Assembly (NCBI GenBank): GCA_964439215.1
Contig: CAYTNY010000002.1
Span: forward strand, 1 to 56,533
Direction of reading: 5' to 3'
Source: an uncultured Spirochaetia bacterium
GTDB lineage: Bacteria > Oederibacteriota > PGYV01 > CAYTNY01
DNA: 56,533 nt
The position numbers and the translations under genes are program-made. Positions 48,712 through 56,533 of this stretch are shown one piece after another. Positions within the stretch are counted from its first letter, which is position 1. The number at the start of each line of letters is the position of its first letter. The notes under the pieces were generated by a model. The model was not told the origin of the DNA. It ran no database searches and saw only the letters and a list, made by a program, of their open reading frames with translations.

Positions 48712-48764
48712 CCCACTTCGTCCCACTTTCTGCCTTATTATACCTCAGCCATGCCTTTTGTCAA
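48712..48764 (-). promoter_or_regulatory. dcw promoter with MraZ-binding repeats
   Basis: TTGACA (48764-48759), 16 nt, TATAAT (48742-48737), followed by GTGGG repeats at 10-nt pitch (48726-48722, 48716-48712), as in known MraZ operators. Confidence 0.8.
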
Positions 48765-48906
48765 TAACATTTTAAAGTTTTTTTACCTTTTTTCATAGTT
48801 TTTTTCCTTTAAAAATAAGGCGTTTTTCAGGTTTTCCCCATTTTTTCAACTTCATAAAATAAAACTTTATCATTTATTAAAATAATACTCCGTAATAATA
48901 AAAATG

Positions 48907-49125
48907 GGTTTGTGGTTTGTGGTTTGTGGTTTGTGGAAACATTGAGTTTTGAGTTTGGAGTTTTGAGAAGATCCAAACATCCAAACTTCCGATATGGGTT
49001 TTGAGTTTTGGGAAGAACGGTTCAAAGTTCAAAAAAAAAATACAATTCAAAAACGAAAAAAATAAAAATTCAAACAGTACTTTTTGGTTTTTTTCACTTT
49101 GAACTTTGAACTTTGAACTTTGAAC
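48907..49125. repeat. Cluster of heptamer short tandem repeats, partly inverted
   Basis: (GGTTTGT)4 at 48907-48934; TTTTGAG-type x3-4 at 48942-48967; (GTTCAAA)2 at 49020-49033, complementary to (TTTGAAC)4 at 49098-49125. Confidence 0.9.
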
Positions 49126-49856
49126 TAAATCACTTCCCTCCCCGCCAATTCATGAAATATTATTGCAGCGGCGGCAGCTACGTTCAGTGACTCAACTTTA
49201 CCCGGATATGATATCTTTATTTTTGCATCCGCATTTTTTCTCAAGAACGCGCTTACTCCTTTTGATTCATTCCCCAAAACCACTGCTAATTTATCTTTCT
49301 TTGGTTTATATTTTTTTATATCCGTGCCTTCTTTAACATCCGTTATTACTATTTCAAAACGCTCCGCTATAAGTTTTATCTCTGTTTCTGAGCCTTCCGC
49401 CCAGTTCGTGCGGAATATATTTCCCGCAGATGCTCTTATGGCTCTTTCATTCAGGAGATTCACACTGTTTATGCATATAAAATTATTTATTCCATAAGCT
49501 GCCGCGCTTCTTACTATAGCCCCCGCGTTTAAAGGATCCCGCACTCCGTCCAGTATTACCAGCCTCTCTTCTTCAAACATATCTTCAATGCTGTATTTCG
49601 GGGCCTGAAAGACAGCAATAAAACCGCTGTTTGATTTCACCGCAGCAAACCTGTCAATAAAACTGCGTCTGGTTTTTTCCTTTTCGATTTCTGCACAAAC
49701 AACAGGTATTTCTTTTTCATCCGAATATATAAAATGTTTTAATTTCATTCCCGCATCCGATGCTTCTTCAAAGACTTTTTCCGTATCAACAACAAACAAT
49801 CTGTTCTCTTTCATACCTTTCACGTCTTTCAGCAGTTCAAGTGTTGCTTTTTTCAT
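49125..49856 (-). CDS. TrmH/SpoU family RNA methyltransferase
   Basis: LDGVRDPLNAGAIVRSA, RASAG, VLGNESKGVS, ESLNVAAAAAI. Confidence 0.93.
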   Translation of the reverse strand: MKKATLELLKDVKGMKENRLFVVDTEKVFEEASDAGMKLKHFIYSDEKEIPVVCAEIEKEKTRRSFIDRFAAVKSNSGFIAVFQAPKYSIEDMFEEERLVILDGVRDPLNAGAIVRSAAAYGINNFICINSVNLLNERAIRASAGNIFRTNWAEGSETEIKLIAERFEIVITDVKEGTDIKKYKPKKDKLAVVLGNESKGVSAFLRKNADAKIKISYPGKVESLNVAAAAAIIFHELAGREVI

Positions 49857-49871
49857 TGCCGCACCCCCGCT

Positions 49872-52016
49872 TTATTTTCCGTCATCCGTATATTTCTCAA
49901 CCCGGACAGCAATGTCTTTTTCAAACGCAGGCAGCTCCACTTTCAGAACCCCTGTATCCACTATTTCCTGTTTTTCATCGATGTACTCCCCTTTATGCGT
50001 GTCATATATCCTGATCATATATCTCGCGGATGCCAGCCCTTTTATCTTGAATTCAGATTCCGAAACCATACCCGGCTCGGAATTATCCCATAAATAGCGG
50101 TTATTTTTAATCCACACATAAGCAGATACATCAGACTGCATGCCGCTTATAAAAACATCCGCATAAGAAGGATCCCTGTAATTTTCAAATTCAACCTGTC
50201 TGAGAATTATATTGCCGTCCTCTCTGTTTGCGATTGAAATTTCATTGTTCCCTCTTCCCAGATCCGCATAAAAAACCTTATCTGTTTCCGCTTCATGCCT
50301 GTCCTGATGTTTATTCAATTTCCCGCCTTCTTTTTCCGCCGAGAGTTTTTCCTCCAGCACTGTCTGTTCGTTCACCTTAACCTCAAGAAGATTTTCACCG
50401 TGAAGCCCGCTTATCCTGATCACTGCTCTGCCCGGATACATGTTTGTGACAGAAAATATCTGCGTATTATCCGCACCCGAAAGATGGGAAAAAAAGTTCT
50501 CTCTGTTTATCACTTTCCCGTCCGGCCTGACAAAATATTTCCGGGGTTCCGGTGCCACCCACCTGTTCTTTGCGGCAACAATAAGCCGTCCGTATTCATC
50601 GGCCGGGGATTTTATTCTTATTTCTATATCTTCCATTTCATAAAAATCACCTCTGCTCCATCTTATGCCTTCAATAAACCCGGTAAAATTTTTATATATA
50701 CCGTAAAGATCCAGTTCATCAACATATACGTCCCACCACCAGGTCATCGGGCTGCCCGCCGAAAGAGAAAACGCTCCTGCCCATACCGCATTATGAAGAT
50801 GGATACCCCCGGGATCTTTTCCTTTTTTTGCAAAATCATCATATATGTCAATGCCGAATTCAGATACAATATGCGGTTTTGAAAACTCCCTTATCTTCTT
50901 TTTTGATACATCGTATATTTCAGCGGCGGCATCCCGCAAAAAGTATATATGCGTCTGGGTAAAATCAATGTCTTTCATTCTCCATATGGACTCTTCTTTC
51001 AAATCCCCGGAAAATGAAGTTGTCAGAAGTTTTCCGTAAATGTCATATTTTTTTATCTCATCAAATACATTTTTGTGCCAGGATTTCATTGTACGCGCGG
51101 AATAATCATGAGTAAGCTCCGCCTCATTTATCGCTTCGTAAGCCATAACATTGGGTGAGTATCCCCAGCGCGCGCAGATATACCTTATTCTGTTTCTATA
51201 CGTTTCAAACGCCTCTTTTGACACAAAAAATTCCCCGGGCAGTTCAAGCATTCCTCCGTTTTCTCTGTTATAAGGGTTGTTTTTCCACTCGCTGTTATAA
51301 TCAAGAGAAAATTCACCGTGCGCGAGAAAGCATAACATTATGTATATTCCTTTTTCCTCCCCCATTTTTATTATTTCATCCAGCATCTTCATTTGGCTTT
51401 CGCGGTGTCCGTAATCCTTTAAGGCTCCTGTTTCAAGCCCAAAACTCCAGGGCGCCATCCAGATCCTTATGAAATTAACTCCGTTTTCAGAGAGCCTTTG
51501 CATCCACCGCTCATAATCCTCCATAACATTGCCGGTTGACCAGCATAAACTCTGGCCCACGGCAAAAAACGGTTCTTTTGAATCCTTAAACTCAAAAAAC
51601 AGCGGATCCCTTGCGCTCACACCTATAAAATCCGGCCCCTGTTTTTCTTCAGTACATTCAAATGTTCTAACAGGCGATTGAAAAACTACTTTTCCTTCAC
51701 TGTAAAGTTCCGCCCTGTATTTCCATTTTCCCGCTGTCCGCGGAGTGAACCTTGAAACAAAAAAACCTTCCCCGTCTTTTTTTCTGAAAAAACCGTCTGT
51801 CTTGATTTTTTCACCTTCCGGCGTCCAGTAATAGACAGTCATCCCGTTAACAGAATAATCATAAGGATTTTCAAACCCAAAATTTCCTTTCAAGAGCAAT
51901 TCAAAGATCCCATAAGTTTTTATTCTTGTGTTTTCTGCGCTTAAATCAATATCCATGCCTTTCGCGAACGGCGCCAGCCCCAGCATTGATAAAATCACTG
52001 TAATTATTTTTTTCAT
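49872..52016 (-). CDS. Secreted DUF5060-domain / GH5-like (clan A) glycoside hydrolase
   Basis: Signal peptide; NPYD...RFTP..AGKWKY; GVNFIRIW; ARWGYSPNVMAYEAINE (acid/base) and HIVSEFG (nucleophile). Confidence 0.8.
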   Translation of the reverse strand: MKKIITVILSMLGLAPFAKGMDIDLSAENTRIKTYGIFELLLKGNFGFENPYDYSVNGMTVYYWTPEGEKIKTDGFFRKKDGEGFFVSRFTPRTAGKWKYRAELYSEGKVVFQSPVRTFECTEEKQGPDFIGVSARDPLFFEFKDSKEPFFAVGQSLCWSTGNVMEDYERWMQRLSENGVNFIRIWMAPWSFGLETGALKDYGHRESQMKMLDEIIKMGEEKGIYIMLCFLAHGEFSLDYNSEWKNNPYNRENGGMLELPGEFFVSKEAFETYRNRIRYICARWGYSPNVMAYEAINEAELTHDYSARTMKSWHKNVFDEIKKYDIYGKLLTTSFSGDLKEESIWRMKDIDFTQTHIYFLRDAAAEIYDVSKKKIREFSKPHIVSEFGIDIYDDFAKKGKDPGGIHLHNAVWAGAFSLSAGSPMTWWWDVYVDELDLYGIYKNFTGFIEGIRWSRGDFYEMEDIEIRIKSPADEYGRLIVAAKNRWVAPEPRKYFVRPDGKVINRENFFSHLSGADNTQIFSVTNMYPGRAVIRISGLHGENLLEVKVNEQTVLEEKLSAEKEGGKLNKHQDRHEAETDKVFYADLGRGNNEISIANREDGNIILRQVEFENYRDPSYADVFISGMQSDVSAYVWIKNNRYLWDNSEPGMVSESEFKIKGLASARYMIRIYDTHKGEYIDEKQEIVDTGVLKVELPAFEKDIAVRVEKYTDDGK

Positions 52017-52211
52017 TTTCCGCTCCTGCTGTTTTATGGTATTATAACCTGAAGTTTTATTTTTTTAAAGAATTATATTAAAAGCGGGGATTTATGAAAA
52101 ATAATCTTTTTGAAGCGGCTGTAACCGGCGCCGGGCCTGACGGTTTTTTTCCGCCGCCCTTAACCGCCCACAAAACAGCTTTTGATATGTTCCGGAATGA
52201 TATGTGGTGAT

Positions 52212-52679
52212 TTACGGCCAGAATCTTATGCCCACACCCCCGTTTGGAGCAAAATGCATATCAGGTATCACCTGTATTCCCGGTTCAATCTGAACAAAAA
52301 TATCTATGGGTGCGTCCCTGAGTATCCAGCTTATGCCGAGGGGAACCTGCACCCCGGCTCTTGCTCCGCCCGAATCAAAATTCGCCCAGCCCTTGATGCC
52401 GAAATAAACAGGCAGCCTGGATCCTTCTGCTTTTAAAATTTCATAATTATGCACAAGATAAGCGGCTCCCACACCGATTGAACCCCAGTTAAAGTTCCAG
52501 TTTACATCCACCTGCAGGGCATTGTCCCTGTTCATCCAGGATTTAAAATTCAACCCCGCGTCATAACCCATATAAATTCCCACACCAAAATTTTTTGAAC
52601 CATTATACTTCGCGCTTGCGCTTAAAACACCCGCAAAACAGACAAAAACCAAGACATAAACAACAGTAATTTTCCTCAT
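52212..52679 (-). CDS. Putative small outer-membrane beta-barrel protein (DUF3996-like)
   Basis: Signal peptide; FGVGIYMG..AGLNFK; alternating amphipathic strands; ends GVGIRFWP. Confidence 0.7.
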   Translation of the reverse strand: MRKITVVYVLVFVCFAGVLSASAKYNGSKNFGVGIYMGYDAGLNFKSWMNRDNALQVDVNWNFNWGSIGVGAAYLVHNYEILKAEGSRLPVYFGIKGWANFDSGGARAGVQVPLGISWILRDAPIDIFVQIEPGIQVIPDMHFAPNGGVGIRFWP

Positions 52680-52692
52680 CTTCAGCCTCCGT

Positions 52693-52728
52693 AAAAAAAA
52701 GGGACGCCTTGAAAGCGCCCCCTTTTTT
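52693..52728 (-). terminator. Intrinsic terminator (possibly bidirectional)
   Basis: Minus strand GGGGCGC-TTTCAAG-GCGTCCC followed by T8; an A-tract precedes the stem. Confidence 0.75.
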
Positions 52729-52756
52729 GCAAATATTTGTTTAAACTATTTTAAAA

Positions 52757-53245
52757 TTAAAATGCGTATCCGAGATTAAACTCAAGTGAAGGCCAGGCAG
52801 GCATAACATCCGCCATAACTTCATCGAGTGTCGCGAGTATATGTGCGCCAAAAACTATATCCATTCCAAAATTCCCATTTATCCATCTATACCCGATAGA
52901 CGCCTTCGGAATATAATTCGGTCCTTCTATAACACTTACTCCCGGTCCCATGAAAAAACCACGTAACGCCTCACCCTCGGGATAAAAATAAAGTTCAGCA
53001 AAGCCGCCTCCTAAAACAACATCCGATGACGGCTGAAGAGCCCAGTAAGCACCGCCTATCCTCAGGCCTACAACATCACCAAAAGACCGTTCATAAGAAC
53101 AATTGAAGAAAAGCCCCAGAAAACTAAGCGCATTCATACTTATGTAGTTATCAGGAGTTTTCTCATTCCCCTCATCCGGATAAGCATAAACAGATACGAA
53201 ACTCAAAAACAACACAACAACAAAAACAACGAAAATTTTCTTCAT
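52757..53245 (-). CDS. Putative outer-membrane beta-barrel protein (DUF3575-like)
   Basis: Signal peptide; YERSF, LYFYP..EALRGFFMGP, IGYRW; C-terminal NLGYAF (BAM-type terminal Phe). Confidence 0.7.
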   Translation of the reverse strand: MKKIFVVFVVVLFLSFVSVYAYPDEGNEKTPDNYISMNALSFLGLFFNCSYERSFGDVVGLRIGGAYWALQPSSDVVLGGGFAELYFYPEGEALRGFFMGPGVSVIEGPNYIPKASIGYRWINGNFGMDIVFGAHILATLDEVMADVMPAWPSLEFNLGYAF

Positions 53246-53341
53246 AATAATCCTCCCTTTTTTATTTCAGAATACTATGTTATTATTATATTATTGCATA
53301 AATTTTTTTTTGTCAATAACTATTAACACTCAGGAGGAATT

Positions 53342-54244
53342 ATGCGTATTTACATTACAGGCGGTACAGGTTTTATCGGAAGTTATGTCACGGCGCGGCT
53401 CGCGGAGCTTAGAAAACACGAACTGATAATTCTGGCGCGGAACCCGGAAAAGACCCCTGCCCTGAAAACGCTCCACAACACAAAAATAGTCAAAGCGCCT
53501 TTTGACGATTACACAGCCCTGAAAAAGCACATCATAAAACCCGATGCCCTGATACACATAGCTTTGTGCTGGGGAGATACGGGCCCGGATATGCTGGCTA
53601 ATGAAACCCTCTCATCAGTAAAACTCATTGACCTTGCCGTAAAAAGAGGCGCGAAAAAAATAGTATTCACCTCCTCAACCGCTGCTTCCGGGTATTCGCA
53701 CAAATGCCCAAGCGAGGAAACAATGCTTAAACCTTCGGATTTTTACGGGGCAGGAAAAGGCGCGACAGAGCTTTTTATAAGCGCATACCGGAATTATCAT
53801 CCTAAAATAAAATTCAACATAGTGCGGCCCGGCTATACCTTCGGGAATCCGGTAATACCCGGCGCCGACACTCAGCCCGATACACGCTTTAAAGATATCT
53901 GCCTGAAAGCAAAAAACGGCAGAAAAATAACAGTAACCGAAAACGACGGCACCCAGTTTATCTGGGCCGGGGACCTCGCGGAAATATACAAGAACATAAT
54001 TGAAAAAAATGTGAAATCAGAAATATTTTACGGACTTTCAAAAAACTTTACAACCTGGAAACAAATCGCAAAATGGGCGGTAAAATACGCGGCAAGCAAA
54101 AGCAAAATAACCTCAGTAGACAGAGGATTCTCTCCCCATCCTGTTCTTTTTGACGTATCAAAAATAGACCGATATTTCGGACTGTCATTTAATCCGTCAG
54201 AAAAGATCAAAGAACATATAAAATATTTCATCGAAAACTCATAG
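53342..54244 (+). CDS. NAD-dependent epimerase/dehydratase (extended SDR)
   Basis: ITGGTGFIG, FTSS, YGAGK (YxxxK), RPGYTFG; AGGAGG RBS. Confidence 0.92.
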   Translation: MRIYITGGTGFIGSYVTARLAELRKHELIILARNPEKTPALKTLHNTKIVKAPFDDYTALKKHIIKPDALIHIALCWGDTGPDMLANETLSSVKLIDLAVKRGAKKIVFTSSTAASGYSHKCPSEETMLKPSDFYGAGKGATELFISAYRNYHPKIKFNIVRPGYTFGNPVIPGADTQPDTRFKDICLKAKNGRKITVTENDGTQFIWAGDLAEIYKNIIEKNVKSEIFYGLSKNFTTWKQIAKWAVKYAASKSKITSVDRGFSPHPVLFDVSKIDRYFGLSFNPSEKIKEHIKYFIENS

Positions 54245-54443
54245 ACTTTAACGAAACTTCTTTCGGGCCGGGCTGTTTCTCCGGAATTTATTTTTATTTC
54301 CGGGTTTTTCAGACACGCGGAAATTCCCCTTTATAAGCACACAGCCTTTTTTAGCGGGAATACATTCCCCGCCAAGAAATAAACAGGCTCCTGCTTTTTC
54401 ATATTTGCATACAGATACGGACATATCTGCCCCGCCTGTGTTT

Positions 54444-54674
54444 TTATTCTGCGTTCACAACGCTTTTAACTCCCGGAACAACTTCTTTAAGCCTTGCCTC
54501 AACACCCTGCTGCAGCGTAACAGACGCCATCGGACATCCGCGGCACGCCCCCGTAAGTTTAACCTTTACTTCACCTGTATTTTCATCAACGTCAATCAGC
54601 TCTATATCGCCCCCGTCATTCTGGAGCATGGGCCTTATTTCCTCAAGCGCTTTGATAACATCTTCTTTCATCAT
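54444..54674 (-). CDS. NifU/Nfu C-terminal domain Fe-S scaffold protein
   Basis: [14 protein letters not shown]...[18 protein letters not shown]. Confidence 0.95.
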   Translation of the reverse strand: MMKEDVIKALEEIRPMLQNDGGDIELIDVDENTGEVKVKLTGACRGCPMASVTLQQGVEARLKEVVPGVKSVVNAE

Positions 54675-54890
54675 TATTCTCCTTTTCTTTCATGGTTTAT
54701 TTTTTTCCTGCGTCATAATCATACGAATTATACTAAACATTTTGTATACGGGCAATAAAAAAAGAGATGAATACGGGTTTTATATCATAAAAGGTGAGGG
54801 AGCTTTTATTTTTTTACCCGTAATTCATCTCTTACTATTAAGACAATAAAACGGATAAAAAGTTTCGTTTATTTTGAGATTTAAAGCTTC

Positions 54891-55781
54891 TTAATACACG
54901 CTTTTTTTAAGACGCTCTATCCTTTTTTCAAGAGGCGGATGAGTTGAAAAAACTATATTTTTCCTGAGAAAGGACGGACTTGTAAAATACATATGCTCTG
55001 CGGAGGAACTGTAATCTTCCTGTTTATAGCTGCCGCTGTCTTCTCTTATTTTTTCAAGGGCCGCTATAAGCCCCTGCGGCCATCTGGTAAGAAGCACTGC
55101 CTGAGCATCAGCCATATACTCGCGCTGGCGTGAAACCGCAAAATTTATCATCATTGCGGCAAAAGGAGCCGCAATGGATACAAATATAGCGGCAATAATA
55201 AGGGCGATGCCGCCTTTTCCTCCGGAAGAGCGCCTCATTCCGGGCCTGAAAAACAGGCTTCTTCTCATTATATCCGAAAGTATTATAATCGTACCCAGAA
55301 GAACCGCGGCTATTGAACTGACAAGAATATCATAATTCTTTATATGACTCATCTCGTGGGCGATCACTGCTTCTGTCTCTTCTTTATTCAGTTTTTTCAA
55401 AAGCCCCGCAGTAACCGCAATTGCGGCTTTCTGCGGATTTCTTCCCGTGGCAAAAGCGTTTATGGAATCACTGTTTATTATATACACTTTCGGTTTAGGC
55501 ATACCTGCCGCAAGCGCCATCCCCTCTACATGGTCGTGCAGCCCTTTATAATGCTTCAGGCTTGCGGGTTTTGCCCTTGCGGCCCTTATAACTATTTTAT
55601 CGCTGTTATAATATGAAGACCATATTGATATAAAAGCCACAAAACCGCCTATTATAACACCGGTATAGGGATCGCCGTACATAAGCCCCAGAAAATAACC
55701 CAGAAAAGTTATAACCGCGGCAAATACCGCAAAAAGAAAAAATGTATTCCGCTTATTCGCGGCAATATCCTCATAAACCAT
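54891..55781 (-). CDS. htpX: M48 family membrane zinc metalloprotease HtpX
   Basis: INAFATG, HEMSH (HExxH), SRQREYMAD, STHPPLEKRI. Confidence 0.95.
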   Translation of the reverse strand: MVYEDIAANKRNTFFLFAVFAAVITFLGYFLGLMYGDPYTGVIIGGFVAFISIWSSYYNSDKIVIRAARAKPASLKHYKGLHDHVEGMALAAGMPKPKVYIINSDSINAFATGRNPQKAAIAVTAGLLKKLNKEETEAVIAHEMSHIKNYDILVSSIAAVLLGTIIILSDIMRRSLFFRPGMRRSSGGKGGIALIIAAIFVSIAAPFAAMMINFAVSRQREYMADAQAVLLTRWPQGLIAALEKIREDSGSYKQEDYSSSAEHMYFTSPSFLRKNIVFSTHPPLEKRIERLKKSVY

Positions 55782-55803
55782 CTAATACCTCGTTATTCTC
55801 TTT

Positions 55804-56370
55804 TCAGAATTTTACCTGCGGCGCTTTTCTGTCTGCCTCTTCTATCTCAAAATAAGTTCTCTTTGAATGGCCGAAAATTCCGGCAAAAAATACCGCGGGT
55901 ATTTTCTGCTGATATTCATTATAAAGCCTTACCGTCTCGTTATAAAACTGCCTTGCGTAGCTAAGCTTGGATTCCACCGCGGAAAGTTCATTCTGAAGAT
56001 TCAGAAAATTTTCATTTGCCTTCAGTTCCGGGTAGTTTTCAACCACGGCAAAAAGAGATTTAAGAGCGCCTGTGAGCATATTTGAAGCATCCTGCGCCTT
56101 GCCCACATCATTGCCCGCACCCTGCACCGCTGCTCTTGCCTCGGTTACTCTTGTAAGAACTTCTTTTTCATGCGCTGCATAGCCTTTAACTGCCTCAACA
56201 AGATTCGGTATAAGATCCGCCCTCTTTTTCAGCTGCACGTCAATCTGCGCCCACGCCTCGTTCCCCCTCGCCCTCAGCGCCACAAGCCTGTTGTAAATCG
56301 CGATTATAGTAATAAAAAGAACAGCCAAAACAACGATCAACACGGTCATTCCCACACTCATTCCGAACAT
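55804..56370 (-). CDS. lemA: LemA family protein
   Basis: YNRLV, IDVQLKKRADLIPNLV, ENYPELKANENF, RQFYN; typical pairing with htpX. Confidence 0.97.
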   Translation of the reverse strand: MFGMSVGMTVLIVVLAVLFITIIAIYNRLVALRARGNEAWAQIDVQLKKRADLIPNLVEAVKGYAAHEKEVLTRVTEARAAVQGAGNDVGKAQDASNMLTGALKSLFAVVENYPELKANENFLNLQNELSAVESKLSYARQFYNETVRLYNEYQQKIPAVFFAGIFGHSKRTYFEIEEADRKAPQVKF

Positions 56371-56459
56371 ATAGATCCCTCCTGAATTTTATTTAATATA
56401 GATTATCATATTTTAATCCGTAAGAAAAGCAGGAAAAAGGAAATAGGGATAAGGTATAG

Positions 56460-56533
56460 ATTGCAAGTTTTATTGCAACACCTCATAGAATCAAAGTCTT
56501 TTTTTTTGCGCATACCGGAACACTTAATTCATA
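56460..56533. repeat. Dispersed intergenic repeat, copy B (truncated by the window end)
   Basis: Homologous to 13602-13676. Confidence 0.85.

Overview
A 56.5-kb piece of bacterial chromosome, AT-rich, with most genes on the minus strand. The organism looks diderm with peptidoglycan: it has beta-barrel-like proteins with C-terminal aromatic residues, lipoboxes and a full dcw cluster. The Thr-rich (TETX)n surface-protein style suggests a candidate-phylum anaerobe such as Ca. Goldbacteria, but that is inference only. From left to right the window holds: (1) a >=1639-aa secreted Ig-repeat surface protein that the ORF track missed because it runs off the window, preceded by MerR(HspR-like) and ComFB genes; (2) a GT4 gene and ribD-ribE-yaaR-ribBA; (3) tRNA-Leu(CAG) followed by tandem repeats that carry its 3' end; (4) NlpC/P60-like, DUF6485, EamA and dcd genes; (5) an ablA(kamA)-Na+/solute symporter-ablB osmolyte cluster; (6) SDR, a glycosidase lipoprotein, queF, a metallophosphoesterase, priA and MarC; (7) an extended dcw cluster, mraZ-STAS-rsmH-ftsL-ftsI-murE::murE-murF-mraY-murD-ftsW-murG-murC-murB-ddl-ftsQ-like-ftsA-ftsZ-amidase-pgeF-DUF116; (8) TrmH, DUF5060/GH5, two putative OMPs, an epimerase, Nfu, htpX and lemA. 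The most unusual items are a 991-aa protein made of two complete, diverged MurE ligases (the second lacks the usual diamino-acid-binding Glu), a STAS gene inserted between mraZ and rsmH, a possible cyclic-dinucleotide-responsive MerR-ComFB module in front of the giant surface protein, and several non-coding repeat families. All family calls come from motif recognition by eye; no database search was run. No CRISPR array, rRNA, transposase or prophage was seen.
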